Shown in pieces: positions 11,590-25,560 of a DNA stretch of 64,000 bases (position 1 is the stretch's first letter; each line of letters opens with the position of its first letter). The notes under the pieces were generated by a model that was given only the letters and a program-made list of their open reading frames with translations, searched no databases and was not told the origin of the DNA. The translations under genes and the position numbers were made by a program. This stretch comes from Lama guanicoe (Eukaryota), in assembly GCA_013239625.1 (NCBI GenBank), contig MU053513.1:3950303-4014302 (forward strand), in the 5' to 3' direction.

Positions 11590-14110
11590 TTTCAAATTTT
11601 GGTGATTATCAATAAAGCTGTTACAAATATCTGTGTTTTTGTATGTACATAAGTTTTCAAGTCATTTGGGTAAATACCAGGGAGCACAATTGCTGTACTG
11701 TATGGTGAGAGGGTATGTTTAATTTTATAAGAAAGTACCAAACTGTCTTCCAAAGTATATGACTTTTGCATGCCCACCTGCAGTGAATGAGAGGTCCCGT
11801 TGCTCCACATCTTCCCCAGCATTTGGTATTATCAGGGTTCTGCATTTTGGCCACTCTAATGGGAATGTAGTGGTATGTCATTGTTGTTTTAATGTGCATT
11901 TCCCTGATTGACAAATGGTGTGGATCATCTTTTCATATACATATTTTCCTGTTGTCTGTTAAGGTCTTTGAGTTATTTTAAAACAGGATTTTAAAATTAT
12001 TTTAAAATAATAATAATAATAATAATTATTATTATTATATTGAATAATTATTTATAATTTATATATTTTATTATATATGTAAATTATTATATTATATATA
12101 ATAATTCAATAATAAATATTGAATTATTATTATTATTATTTTTTAAGAGTTTTGGTATATTTTATATACCAGTTCTTTATCAGATATATCTTTTGCAAAT
12201 ATTTTCTTCCTGTCTGTGTTTGTCTTTTCATTGTCTTAACAATGTCTCACAGAGCTGAAGTTTTTAATTTTAAGGAAGTCCAGCTAATCAGTTAATTCAC
12301 AGATTACATGTTTGGTGTTATATCTCAAAAGTCTCCACCAAACCCAAAGTCATCTAGATTTTCTCCTGTGTTATCTTCTAGGAGTTTCATAGTTTTGTTT
12401 TACATTGAGACTTATCATCTGTTTAAATTAATTTTTGTGACGGGATCTGTGTATAGATTCATTTTGTTGCATGTGAATATCCAGTTGTTACAGCACCATT
12501 TGTTAAAAATACTATATTTGTTCATTGTATTGCCTTTGCACCTTTGTCTAGGCCCAGACAGAGGGTCATTTGTGTGGGTCTATTTCTGGGCTCAATATTC
12601 TGTTCCACTAATTTGTCTGCCTGTTCTTTCACGAGTACCACACTGTCTTGATTACTATAGCTTTATAGTAAGTCTTGAAGTTGGATAGTGTCAGTCCTCT
12701 GACTTTCTTCTTCTCCTTCAGTATTATGTTGGTTATTCTGGGTCATTTGCCTCTCTATATAAACTTTAAGATCAGATATCCACAAAATAACTTGTTAGAA
12801 TTTTTATTGGAATTGCATTTAATCTATTTATCAAGTTAGGAAGAAGTGACATCTTGACAATATTGAGTCCTTTTGTCCATGAACATGGAGTATCTCTCCA
12901 ATTTTTAGTTCTTTGATTTCTTTTTTTTACTACGCAAAGAGCATTTTTTATTGAAGTATAGTCAATTTACAATGTTGTGTTAGTCTCTGGTATACAGCAG
13001 AGTGATTCATTTATACATACACACATTATAAATTACTACAAGATATTGAATATAGTTCTCTGTACTATACAGTAGGGCCTTGTTTACCTATTTTATATAT
13101 AGTAGTTAGTATCTACAAATCCCAAACTCCCAGTTTATCCCCCTCCCTACCCACCCCCACCAGGTAACCGTAAGTTTGTTTTCTTTGTCTGTGAGTCTAT
13201 TTCTGTTTTGTAAATATGTTCATTTGTGTCATATTTTTGGATTTCACATATAAGTGATATCGTATGGTATTTTTCTTTCTCTTTCTGACTTCTTTTATCA
13301 GAGTTTTATAGTTTTCCTCATATAGATCTCATATATATTTTATTAGATTTGTACCTAATCATTTTGGGGGCTGCTAATGTGAATGGTGTTGTGTTGTTAA
13401 TTTCAAATTCCAATTGCTCATATCTGGTGCATAGGAACATGAATAACTTCTGTATTTTAACTTTGTATCTTGCCACCTTGCTATAGTCACTTATTTGTTC
13501 CAGGAGTTTTTTGTTGATTATTTGGGATCTTCTACATTGACAATTATGTCATCTGTGAACAAAGACATCTTTATTTATTACTGTTCAATTTATACACCTT
13601 TTATTTTATTTTATTCTCTAATTACATTAGCTAGGACTTCCAGAGCTTCTAGTATTGTTGAAGTGATATGGGACATCTTTGCCTTGTTCTTGATCTTAGT
13701 GGGAAAGCTTCTAGATTTGCACCATTAGACATGCTATTTGCTCTAATTGTTTTTTTAGACTTTCTTAATGAAGTTGAAGAAGTTCTCCTCTATTCCTAGT
13801 TTTCTGAGAATTTTTATCATGAAGGGGTATTGGATTTTGTCTTTTTTTTTTTGCATTTACTGATATGAGCATGTGATTTTTCTTCTTTAGCCTATTAAGA
13901 TAATGCATTATATTATTTTTTGAATGTTGAGCTAGCTTTACATGCCTGGAATAAATCCCTCTTGGTCATGGTGTATAATTCTTTTTATATATTGGATTCA
14001 CTTTACTAATATTCTGCTGAGGATTTCCACATCTATCTTCATGGGAGATATTGGTCTGTAGATTTTATTTTCATGTAATGCCTTTTTTTTTTAATTAGGG
14101 TAATGCTGGC
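11590..14110 (-). mobile_element. Old L1 ORF2 fragment with a nested younger L1 3' end (about 12945-13290) and an AT-rich expansion (about 11990-12145)
   Basis: L1 ORF2-like peptides (IREMHIKTTMTYHYIPIRVAK...KCWGRCG). The nested ttgaagtatagtcaatttacaatg is an L1 3' terminus. Confidence 0.85.
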
Positions 14111-14259
14111 TCAGGACCAACATTTCACTTTATTTTTCTTGAGAAAAAAGTGTTTTCTTCTTATGTCTGGTGACTTTCACCTCAGCTTCTACAGAAATGG
14201 ATGCATGGTGGAGTTTGGATTAATCTGGACTAAGAAGGAGCAAAAGGGAAGGAGGCAGT

Positions 14260-14500
14260 AGAGTCTGGTGGCCAAGAATGCAGTCTTAGGATTCAACTGA
14301 GACCAGATACAAGTCCTGGCTCTACAACTTACTAGCTATCTGACCTTGAGTAAGTTACTGAACCTAAGTTTGTCTCCTGGTTCGTGAAATGAAGGCAGTA
14401 ATAATACCTGTCACGTAAACTTGCCAGGGGGGTTATTGAGATAAAGAGGGTAAAACACATAGAATGAATGCCTAGCCCTCAGTAAGCATTTGATAAATTA
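14260..14500 (+). mobile_element. MIR (representative; others at about 3.7, 6.5, 7.4, 10.6, 19.6, 28.6, 32.7, 34.2, 38.1, 40.1, 44.7, 46.3, 60.3 and 62.8-63.4 kb)
   Basis: MIR core cctggctctacaacttactagctatctgaccttgagtaagttact. Confidence 0.7.
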
Positions 14501-14539
14501 AAAAAAAAAAGGCAAAGGGCAATAGTATGCTCTTTTAGA

Positions 14540-14775
14540 TGGGCGAAGAACATTGAAATAATGACCAGAATAGCAAGGATTTAAAGCAGAATGTGCCATG
14601 AAGGGATTTAATAAAGCCAAAGGAATATGTGAAGAGTCTCTTAGTAACTGATAGGATTGTGCAAGAATCCTGCCTCCTGCATAGCTGAAGCTGAGCCTCC
14701 AGCTCTCAGCCTTCAGGAAGCCTAATTGACCCTTCATCTTACGGCCTATCAATTGGCTGTTTCCTTTATGTGCTC
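14540..14775 (-). pseudogene. Pseudo-exon, RGS alpha6-alpha9-like
   Basis: atcacag acceptor; DEGSIRLPEG*ELEAQLQ...FIKSLHGTFCFKSLLF. 3' end uncertain. Confidence 0.6.
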
Positions 14776-15281
14776 CTGTGATAGTTTGTACTTTCCATAT
14801 CCTAGCACTTAACATTTTATATTGAAACTTGTCAGAATACCTTGCAAGGCTCTAGGATTCTCAAGGTCAGGACCTATGACTGCTTTGCTAACAGTGCCAG
14901 TGCCTGGCACATCATAGGCACTTGACAAATCCTGATCAACTACATGAGTGAGTGAAAGAGAATACAGTAGAGAAGTAGTAGGTAGGAGGCTTTGAGTTAA
15001 CAGTGCATTTATGGTACATGTATGGTATAAGATATACTGTGTTTGGGGACCTGAAATATAGTTCCACAACTTTATACTTAACACTCAGTGAGTGATATGA
15101 CAATAAAATAGAACGTACAACAATGGGTCTGCCCTGGTGTCTGGCATGCATTCAATAAGTATGTGTCTGATTTGGACAGTATAGATAGAGCTAGGGCTTA
15201 TTCAACAAATGTTCTAAAAATTCTTAGTATTTGGGATTGGAAGCTGGCATGAGGTAGGGGAATGGTGGCAGCTGCAGATAC

Positions 15282-15511
15282 TTTGTTTATAGTCCAGAAA
15301 AACTTTGAAAATAGTCTCTGAATTGGGGGAGATTGACTTGAAATTATGGGCTTCTTTTGGCAAACCTATTTTTAATTAAATGGCATGTTCTTTGGTCATG
15401 TCTTTGCTTTGTTATAGTAGTCTAACTTTTTAAAAAGTTGAATGTGTAATAATTTTTCAAAAAATATGCAACTGCTAGTTTGGCATGAATTAGTAATTTC
15501 CAACCTTACTA
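15282..15511 (-). pseudogene. Pseudo-exon, RGS alpha2-alpha5-like
   Basis: ttcctttgtag acceptor; LKNYYTFNFLK ... SETIFKVFLDYKQ; gtatct donor. Confidence 0.6.
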
Positions 15512-15731
15512 CTACAAAGGAAAATGTGCAGCTACCGTGGGAGAGTTATAATTTTGAAAAACTGCTTAGAATCACCAAGTTCCATTATTCTCTTGCCTGT
15601 TCATAGTCTTATTTTATGTTTGAATGAGTTAAAGTATCTGATTTTATTTTGGACACACCTTAGTGAAATATGTGCTGAGCTGTGGACTGCTCAGCACATA
15701 TTTTGTGACATAGGTGAACATAATTTCTTAC

Positions 15732-15841
15732 TTCCTTAGCCTCATTGCTTTCTAGGTCTTTTCTTTCTTTTTCTCTATTGATTCCTACAATATTTCCTTC
15801 TCTTTTCAATTTGTTGCATCTTACTGTTTCTTTCACTTGAA
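15732..15841 (-). pseudogene. Pseudo-exon, charged linker
   Basis: GAA|gtaaga donor. Open frame QVKETVRCNKLKREGNIVGINREKERKDLESNEAKE; the true frame is uncertain. Confidence 0.45.
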
Positions 15842-16419
15842 CTTAACTCACATTTAGTTTATGAAAAGAAAAAAGTGTTATCCATTAAAAAAAATACGTT
15901 TTTTCCTCTTTCTGTGTGTGTGAACGCCCTGTCCACTTCCATCACACTTGCCTAGATGTTAGAAGGTTGCTTTCTTAGCCTGTGTCATTCTTTTTGACTA
16001 TAAATCTTAAATGGATAGTTATTTTTCTACTTTTGCATGGCCCAGGTTTTCTTAATATGGTATTTAATCAATACCACTCCAGCTCTATTCTACATTTGTA
16101 GTCTAAATAAATGTTGAAGTTATAATCACAGCTTATAATTCAGTGAGAAAGCTAGAAAACAGGGAAAGCTAGAAAACTGTATGTATGGGGAGGGAGTGCA
16201 CATACGTAAAGCAAGGACATGCAAAATATCTGTTGCTCATTTAAAACTTTGCGTTGCCTATATTACCTGCATGTCCTGTATATCTGTATAAGGTCACACT
16301 GAGCCTGTGTGTAATATTTACCATTGATATTGCCAAAGTCCTGATTTGAATTCTTTCCAGAAATGTTAAAGTTTGAGTTTATTGTTTTAAGTTAATGAGT
16401 ATGCCTTTAACTCAAGGCA

Positions 16420-16820
16420 AAGACAAGGGTTGAAACCAGATTATGTGGCCTTAAACCACACAACTGTTTCCCTTGTGAAATTTTTTGCTGTTTGAGTTTA
16501 GTTTGTATAAAATAATCAAAACACTCTGTAGGAATTATAAGCTTCTAAAGTGTTTTATCCCCACAGAGCAGTTTAGATCATGTGTGGCAGTCCGGAACTT
16601 GGAAAGTGGTTGACTTAATTTATTGTAAGCATTAGAAATCAAAATTAGCATTAAAAATCAATCCCTTGTGACTTTCCCCCTCTCTCAGTTGAGCTTACAT
16701 AAAACAATCTAATACACTATAGGATTCATCAGCTTTTGCTGAACATTTTTTTTGTTGTATTATGGCATTAAATGGTTATAAAAAGGCTTGGAATCTAACT
16801 TGAATTACTTCTAATTAACT
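16420..16820 (-). pseudogene. Two pseudo-exons (16699-16820 and about 16420-16613)
   Basis: First: actttcag ... gtaagc, reading LEVIQVRFQAFL*PFNAIIQQKKCSAKADESY. Second: FQVPDCHT*SKL...IIPTECFDYFIQTKL. Confidence 0.55.
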
Positions 16821-17198
16821 CTGAAAGTCATTAAACATAGAGACCTGTAGGCTTTTATTGGTAAACATTTTGATTACAATTTTATTTTAAAGGACAATTC
16901 TTAATTTTCAAATTTGTGTATGTGTTGGCTTCTAGGAAGATCTTACCAGTCACCTTACTCAGGGCTAAACATAGATTTTGAAGTTTTTTTTGTTTGTTTT
17001 TTTTGGTTGTTTTTTTTTTTGTTTTTAGTTTTATGTTGAGAAGTGAATGAATGTGTTTTCTGTTTTTTCCAATATGAAATTAGTGTATAAGAAACTTGTA
17101 TACCATGTGAGCATTTATATATGCTTTGTGTATGCAGAGAATAATTTATTTAATTAAGTTAGCAAAGGACAGTGGAAGCTTAAAACGGCTGTTTCCCT

Positions 17199-18096
17199 CA
17201 ATTTCGTTTTCTATGTCTGTGAGTCTGTTTCTGTTTTGTGAATAAGTTCATTTGTGTCCTTTTTTTAGATTCCACATGTAAGTGATATCATATGGTATTT
17301 TTCTTTCTCTTTCTGACTTACTCCACTTAGTATGACAGTCTCCAGGTCCATTCATGTTGCTGCAAATGGCATTATTTTATTCTTCTTTTATGACTGAGTA
17401 GTATTCATATATATATAATAATAAATAAATATACACACACACACACACACACACCCCCCTCATAACTTCTTTATCTAGTCATCTATCAAGAGGTATTTAG
17501 GTTGCTTCCATGTCTTGGCTATTGTAATAGTGCTGTTATGAATATTGGGGTGCATGTGTCTTTTTGAATTAGAGTTTCCTCCAACTATATGCCCAGGAGT
17601 GGGATTGCTGGATCATATGGTAAGTCTATTTTTAGTTTTTTAGGAAATCTCTAAACTGTTTTCCATAATGGCTACACCAAACTGCATTCCCACCAACAGT
17701 GTAAAAGGGTACACTTTTCTCCCTGCCTTTTCCAGCATTTATTGTTTGTAGACTTTTTAGTGATGGCCATTCTGACCGATGTGAGGTGATACCTCACTGT
17801 AGTTTTGATTTGCATTTCTATAATAGTTAGTGTTCCTGAGCACTTTCTCATGTATTGACCGTTTGTATGTCTTTATTGGAGAAATGTTTGTTTATATCTT
17901 CTGCCCGTTTTTTGATTGAGTTGTTTATTTTTTTGTTATTGAGTTGTATGAGCTGTTTCTATGTTCTGGAAATGAATCCCTTTTCACTCTCAGCATTTGC
18001 AAATATTTTCTCCCATTCCATAAGTTGTACACCAGAAATTAACACAACATTGTAAACTGACTATACTACAATAAAGAAAAATAAAAGGAGAAAAAA
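17199..18096. mobile_element. 5'-inverted L1 (minus 17199-18025, plus 18026-18096)
   Basis: Antisense ORF2-end/3'UTR joined directly to a sense 3' tip with A-rich tail. Degenerate TSD aaaacggctgtttcc / aaaagggctattttc. Confidence 0.75.
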
Positions 18097-18790
18097 GGGC
18101 TATTTTCTACCAACTTTAGCTTACTCAAGAGAGCATTACTTCAAAAGCAAAGCAAAACAAACAAATAAAAAACTGATTTTATTTCCTAGGGTTTTCAAAT
18201 ACATCAAATCCTTTATAGTGACTAAATTATGTTGTTAGTTAATAAACAATATGATAGAAGTGGCATATAATCTTCTACAAATGAAATACGTGTATCTATA
18301 TAAATGTTTTAATATTCTTTTTTACACATTGCTTTTTTCCCCCAGAAGAATAAATAAAAAGATCAACTCTTCTAAAATAAATACCAGAAAAAAAAGGATT
18401 GGTAACTATAAAGTCAATGAACTGTAACATGGGATAAAATTGTCTTTACTTAATACTGATCACTTTAGAGAAACAACTGGCTATTTTAAGGTGACAACTC
18501 TGTAATTATTTTTGGAACATTATGTTTGCTTTATGAAATCTTCAACCATTTCTATTTTCCTCTTAGTACAGCAATTTGGTAAACTGTAATTTCCTGCAAT
18601 TTGTGTAGATGAGGACTGTAGATTATATTATATTAATATTCCCAAATACAAATTTATATCAACAAATCCAGAGGTGGCATATGTCCAAATTCAATGACTT
18701 ATGCTTAAGAAAACAATAGTTAATTACAGTTTTAAAAGGTAGTATATTTTCCAGCCATTCAGAAACACAAAACAGCCTTCCAACAGTAAC

Positions 18791-18960
18791 CTGAGGTTTG
18801 TACCAAAGAAGGCATCTTGCTGAAATGCCTACAGGGTCTCTTTGAGGTTTGGTGTTCATTAGGATGTGCATGCAGAACAATCTACTTTTCAAAGGACTGA
18901 CTAGGATTGACTAGGACAGTATGAAACCGAAGCAGTCACTATTAGCCTAGCCCCTCGCAC
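18791..18960 (-). pseudogene. Pseudo-exon
   Basis: ctgttacag acceptor, CAG|gttact donor. LKETL*AFQQDAFFGT parallels MLEATDTLLGNTF at 19.95 kb. Confidence 0.55.
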
Positions 18961-19355
18961 CTGTAACAGTACAGACTTTGTGTTTGCTAATAGATTGAAG
19001 GGTAAATGTTTATTATGGTGGAGATATATAAGTATATATACACACACACACACACATACAGACATACACACACATATATACATACACTTTATATATATAC
19101 TTTAATTTGTGTACTTGTGTACTATATGGAGTTACAAGGAAGAGACACCAGTTTTGATGCCTATTCAAAGGACACAGAAAGATCATCTCAGCTTCCTGAT
19201 TAACCCCTGTATCAGTTACCTGCATTATCTGACAGTCTTATAAAAATTCATCCTATGAGTTAAGACATTATTTCTAGAAATAAGACTCCCTTAAAGAATT
19301 TTTGATTCACATGTCAATAATTTTATATATTTTTTCGCAGTACTTTATAATTTAC

Positions 19356-19514
19356 GAAGTTCATTTTGACAATTCTGTGGGCCATGGTCCTTTTCCAGAA
19401 ACTCTTTATGGGGCTTATTTATGCAAGAGAAAATTATATGGCACTCTGCAAATACTCTTTCTGTGAATGGCCTCAATGATATATATAAGAAACTCTGCAA
19501 ACTAGGTATTTCTT
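19356..19514 (-). pseudogene. Pseudo-exon, RGS-like C-terminal helices
   Basis: Open frame EIPSLQSFLYISLRPFTERVFAECHIIFSCINKPHKEFLEKDHG. Confidence 0.65.
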
Positions 19515-19749
19515 CTAGTTATAACTGGAGGATCTGAAGACAGATCCTGGGTTAAACTCTATTTCTTACTAGTTTTGTGACCCTGGGTAATTTCCTCATC
19601 TGTTAAATTGTCATAATAATAGTAGCTACCTCCTAGATTATTGTAAGAACTACATAAGTAAGTACATGTTAAGGTCTTCGAATAGCTGGTTTGGAGCAGG
19701 CTTTCAGTGAATGTTTTAGCTATTTTAACAATTCACGGAAAGTTATTCA

Positions 19750-20066
19750 CAGAAAGTCAAGGCATGCCACAAAGAGTGTGGCTATAATTGAAAAGACTGC
19801 CCAGAAAGTTTTGAAGTTTTAATTTATAGTAATTATTAGTATTTTCCTTAATATGAACTTTTTTCTTTTATAGTTAATTAATAGCACTTGGATGAGACTA
19901 CTTCTCTACACTGAGACACAGGATGTAATTTAGTAATTTTTACTCCATAAAGGTGTTTCCTAACAAAGTATCTGTTGCTTCCAACATCTTCTTTCTGATC
20001 CCTGAGTAAGTAAAAGTCTTTGCCTTAATACCCGCAGAATCCCCAGCAAGATGTTTATAAAGCAAT
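19750..20066 (-). pseudogene. Pseudo-exon, start of an RGS-like module
   Basis: tctttccaacag acceptor; LLYKHLAGDSAGIKAKTFTYSGIRKKMLEATDTLLGNTFME*KLLNYILCLSVEK. Confidence 0.65.
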
Positions 20067-21859
20067 CTGTTGGAAAGACTAGGTACCAGGTGATATAGGA
20101 AATAAAACATAGGGAGACTGGGCAAGAGTTGAGAGGACAGAGTTAGAAAAGGGGACCTTTGGCCTAACAAAGTTCTAGGAAACTCAGATGTGAGGAGAAA
20201 AATTACCATATTCTTTTGTTTGTTTGTTTTTTCGATTCAGTTAATTTATTTCTCGTCAATATTGTATGACGATGGTAGAAGCCGTATAATATAAGGTTGG
20301 TTAAAAAATAATGCATTTGCTTGGTGCTTATTTATATGAATTTTTATTCTGTCTTTCCCTTCATAGTCATTATGGTTTCTTGAACATCCCATGCTTTCTC
20401 TTGCCTTTTGAAGGGTAGAACTTTTCACATACTGTAACTATCTTGCAAAAAACTCCAAAACAAACCCATCCTTTGCCAGGTTGACTTTTCCTGTCTCTCA
20501 AGTCTCTGTTTAAATGTCTCATCCTTGGGATCCTTTACCTTACCCCAGATCAGGTTAAATTCCTTGTTATATGCGCTCATAGGACCTTTAGAACCTCCCC
20601 TTTGTCATACTATTTTGAACCTCTCTAAGGTTATCTCCTCCTGCAGATTGTAAACTCCATGAGAGCACAGCCTTCTTCTCTGGGGTTCTGGAAGATATAC
20701 TCTATCTTGATTTAGATAAATCATAAAAATTCATTGAGCTGTAAATCTAAGATTAAGTGCACTTTACTCTGTGGGGGTTATGCCTCAATAAATAAGAATG
20801 AAAAATTAGGCACTTATCTGGATATTTAATCTGCACAATAGCAAACCTTGAGGTTAAATTGAACACTGAATTATTGGAAAAGTTCTTCTTTAATGAGTTG
20901 AAATATGCATTACTATAATGTTCATCTGTTGGCCATATATCTGTTCTCTGAGCCAACATTAAATAATACTGTTTCTCTTTTTACATGCTGTCTTTTTAAA
21001 TATTTGATGAGAGCATTCATGTTCCAAGCTAATTTCAACCATTCCTCTCATTACTGTTTAATTTTTTAATCATTTTGATCTTTCTCTGGCAGATGTATTC
21101 TGGTTTATTAATGTCCTTCAGAATAGGGTACCTAGAACTGAAGACGGCATTCCTAGCATCATCTGACCAATGCAGAGCACAGCTTGCCATCACTTCACTT
21201 GAAATGCATATTTTGCTACTATTAAGCAGACTAAAAGACGTTTTATTAATTCTGTTCAGTATTATACCACCTCGTATTAAGACTCCTTTTCAACTCCATT
21301 TAAAATTGCCATTAAACTAGATTCCTTCCGTCTGTATTTGCATAATTCATTTTTTAAACATAATTCAGGCCATTACATCCTGTTGGCTTGAGGCAGTAAT
21401 AGGTTCCAATTTATACCACCCCAAATTACATTCTCTCTCCATTTTATAGATTTGTTACTAAGATTAAATATGATTGTGCCTATAAAATGTGTTTTATAAA
21501 ATGTATATTATATGCAAATTTGAAGAAAATAATTGTCAAGATAATTTTGAAATCTAAGACTTCCATCATTCCGTTATTTATTAAGAATATTAAATATAAA
21601 AAGCACAGGGACAGAGTCCTATAGCGTAACTCCCTTTCCAGTTGACATCCATCAACACTTTTTGTCCTATTTGTTTAATCATTATTCATCAGAAATGTAG
21701 CCTAATGCCTTATGAAAAATCAAAATATATTACAGAGCATGTGGAAACAAGATCAAGTTGAATAGTTTGTATATTTCACTATCATCTCTTAGCATATAAT
21801 TAACTTCTTAAGCAGTAATCCTTTACAGTCTTAATTACTTCAGCTTGATAATGCATTTT

Positions 21860-23770
21860 CTTATCTGGTAGATCTTGGCTGTTCTTGGCCCTGTGAATTT
21901 CCATACACTACTGAATATGCTATTCTAGTCCCATATATGTACTGGTGCGTGCGCGCGCACACACACGCACAATCATTTAAGATTTTGACTGAGATTGCTT
22001 TGAATCTACAGATCAATTGGGAGAGAACTGATATCTTTAAAATAATGATTTTTCAGTCTGTGTGCAGTGTGTCTTTCCAGTTAGTTAGATTCTCTTTGTC
22101 TTTCAGTAAAGTTTATAATTTTTCTACAAAGGTCTTGCACATCTTCTTATGTATGTTATTTTTTGTATGATTTTAAGAGCTTTATATGTTAAAATATAAT
22201 TTTTAACTTGTTGCTAGTACATATAAATCAAATTAGTTTTTGTTTATAGATTTTGTATCCACTAACTTTGAAAACTCTAACAATTTTTAGACTTCTGATT
22301 ATCTTACATACAAGGCCATGCCATCTGTGAATAATGACAGTTCTATTTCTTCTTTTCCAGTGCTTTTAACATATTTATTTCTATGTCCTCCTACCCTGAC
22401 CCATCTACCTGCCCTCCCTTCCCCAGACTACCACTCTCCTGAATGTTATTTTCAATCATTTCTTTAATATTTAAAAATATTATTTTATCATATATACATT
22501 CCTTTAAAAGGATATTTTAACTTTAATTGCTTTTAACTTTATAAGAAAAATACTATATTGTATGTAATATTTGGAACTTACAATCAGTATTGTATTATGT
22601 CATTCATATTGCTGCATAAAGAAAACATAGGTGAATATCTTCTTGATCTTGGTGCAAGGAATGATTTTCAGCAAGATTATGTAAAATTAATACCTCTTTT
22701 CATCAAAGAAATTTTAAATATAGTAAATACATATTACAGAAAGCAGGGACTTGAATAGGTATTTGTATACCAACGTTCATAGCAGCATTATTCAAAACAA
22801 CCAAAAGGTAGAAACAATGCAAATGGCCATCAGCTGTTGAATGGATAAATAAAATGTGGTGTATACATTCAATGGAATATTATTATACATCATAAATAAC
22901 ATCATGGCACATGAAATAAGGCAAACACAAAAGGAAACGTATTATAATTCCACTTATAGGAGGTACCTAGACTAAGCAAATTCATAGAGACAGAAAGGAG
23001 AATAGTGGTTAGGAAGGCAGGCAGAGGAGGGAATGGGGAGGTAGTGTTTAATGGGTACAGAATTTCAGTTTGGGATAATGGAAAAGTTCTAGAGATGGAT
23101 AGTAGTGATGCTTGCACAACAGTATGAGTATACTTGATGCCACTGAATTGTACACTTAAAAATGGTTTAAAAAGTAAATTTTATGTTTTATATACTTTGC
23201 CATAATACAAAAAATACATGTTTCGAATTGGGAGACGGCATTTATAGCAACTATAACTTTCAAGACATTAAGCTCAAGAATATAAAAGAACTATTTTAAA
23301 AAAGGATAAACAGCTCAATAAAAAAATGAGCAAAACCCATAAACAGGAAAAATCATTGCTGCTACACACATGAAGATATGAAACTTCAGCTGTGATAGGG
23401 GAATACAATTCAAACCACACTGAGATGCCATTTCACATTCACATGTCACATTCACTTGGCAAATATTAAAAAGTCCAACAACCCAAGTGTTGAAGAGAAT
23501 GTAGACTCTGTCTTACTCATTCCTGGACTACAAACAATACAACAACTTCAGTTGTTCACAAACCCTACACTTGAACAATTCTGTTCTTAAATATTTACCC
23601 AAGAGAATTCAAACTTTCATGGCACAGAAATGTACAATAAAGTCTGTAGCAACATTATAATAAAAGCTTAGAAAATCCCAAATGGTCCCTGAAAGAGAAT
23701 AGGTAACTAAATTTTTGATATATTAAAACAGTATACTATCATTTGGCAATCAAATTAAATGAATTAAAGA
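21860..23770. mobile_element. Cluster of old L1 fragments, including a plus-strand L1MB-like 3' end at about 22735-23215
   Basis: L1 3' motifs such as catagcagcattattc, gaatggataaataaaatgtgg and cactgaattgtacacttaaaaatgg. Confidence 0.75.
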
Positions 23771-24299
23771 TGTTACCCTGGAAAGGAGAAGGGGAAGACC
23801 CCAGTTCTTGTTATATCCGAAAGATAAGAATTCAGGTGGCAAAAGATTTTAAAGGTTTTATTAGCAAAGGGAAAGTGCACCTCCTAGAATGGGAGGCAAG
23901 CTGATCCAAGTGTGGATCACAGTGGTCTTTGTCCCTTCTCTTATACCCTCGCTTAGAGGTGATCTCTTGATTGATTGACAGCTCTTGCCCCTGGAGTGCT
24001 TAGTCATGCTCGTTCCCCTTTTGCACATGTCCTTACCCATGATGCACACAGAGAAACCCATGGGGCGGGGTTCTAAACCGCAGTGCTGATTATGTAATCA
24101 GCACTGGGTCATCTCCGGTTAAGTCCTTGTTGCTACCTCGCATTTGTGGCTGGCTGGTTCTAACCAGTTTCTTGCAGGCACTCATTTAGAGGAAGTAAAG
24201 TCCCTTTATGCTAAAGGCCTGCATGCCACCGTCTTCCGGACCATCCTCCCTCTCCTCCACCTACCTGCTCAGTGTCCCCAGTGATCTGACTACCTGACA
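23771..24299 (-). mobile_element. Solo LTR (ERV1-like)
   Basis: TG...CA termini, GC-richer than flanks, reverse poly(A) signal near 23857. No clean TSD. Confidence 0.65.
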
Positions 24300-25560
24300 C
24301 ATATCTGATGTATGTAAACCTTTCAAATTTCTTATGATACATGCTTTGCTCATGAGTTTCTAGAACTTCATCTTATTTAATATATGTGTTTAAGGGTATA
24401 AATTTTCTTTCCATGTACAATTTTAGTTGCATCTCATACAATTTGGCATCTAGTACTTTTGTTACTGCTTAATTTGAAATATTTTCTTATATTTCTAATT
24501 CTTTCTTTTAAAAATGCATTATTTAAAAGTATGCATCAATTTCCAATTTTTTCTACTTTAAAAATTGATTTTAAGTTTAATTACAAATAACACGGTCTAC
24601 ATAATTTCATTCCTTTGCAATGTGTTGGGATGTGTCTTCCATACCATTAAATGATCAATTTCCTCAGATGTTTGAGAAGAATGTCTATTTTACAGGTCTT
24701 TTATGCAATATATGACCTTTAGGTTACTTTTGTTAGTTGTTTTGTTGAAATCATCTGTATCTTTACTAATTTTTTCTTGTCTGCTTATTCTTTCAATATT
24801 TGAAAGAATTGTTTTCAAATCTCCCACTGTAGGTATGAAGTTCTCTATTTCTCTAGTTCTGTCACTTGTTTTCCCCTTTTTATTTTGAGGCTCTGTGCAA
24901 TATATAAGAATTAAAAATTGTTACATAGCTTTCTTTATAATATAGGAAGGCTTTTGACTTAAAGCCTATTGTATGTGATTGTAGTATTGCTATGCCAGCT
25001 TCCTATTCATGAGCATTTCCATGGCGTATTTTGGTCCATACTTTTACTTCCAATTTTTCTTAACCTTCATATTTTAGAGAGATGTTTTGTAAATACTATT
25101 TGTCCATCTTGTGTCTTTTAGTCTCCTTTCTTACTGTTTTTGGATTAATTGTTTTAAAAATCAATGCATGTTTCTTTTGGCTAGTTTAAAAGCTATAAAC
25201 AGTCTTTCTAGTCTTTTAGTAGTTACCATAGAATTTACAGCATGAATATTTACCAATGTTTAAAGTTAGTGCTTTCATTATTCTCCCACAATTTAAGAAA
25301 CTTAGGACACTTTAACAGCAATATCTCACTCAATTTTTCATTTACTGCTATTGTGAATTTTCAATTTTTAACATATTCACAGGCTTGTATAAGTATTGTT
25401 TTATACAGTCAAAGTTACTTTGTATTTACTTTCACATTTACCACTTTTCTTTATTCTCATTCTTCCTTGTATCTCACCTTCCAACTTCTGCCTGAAGAGT
25501 ATCTTTTAGAAAATATATATCTTCTCTCTGGTAGTTTCTGAGCAATCACAGAGTTCATCA
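24300..25560 (-). mobile_element. Old L1 (L1ME-like) fragment
   Basis: T-rich antisense L1 ORF2-type sequence. Confidence 0.6.
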
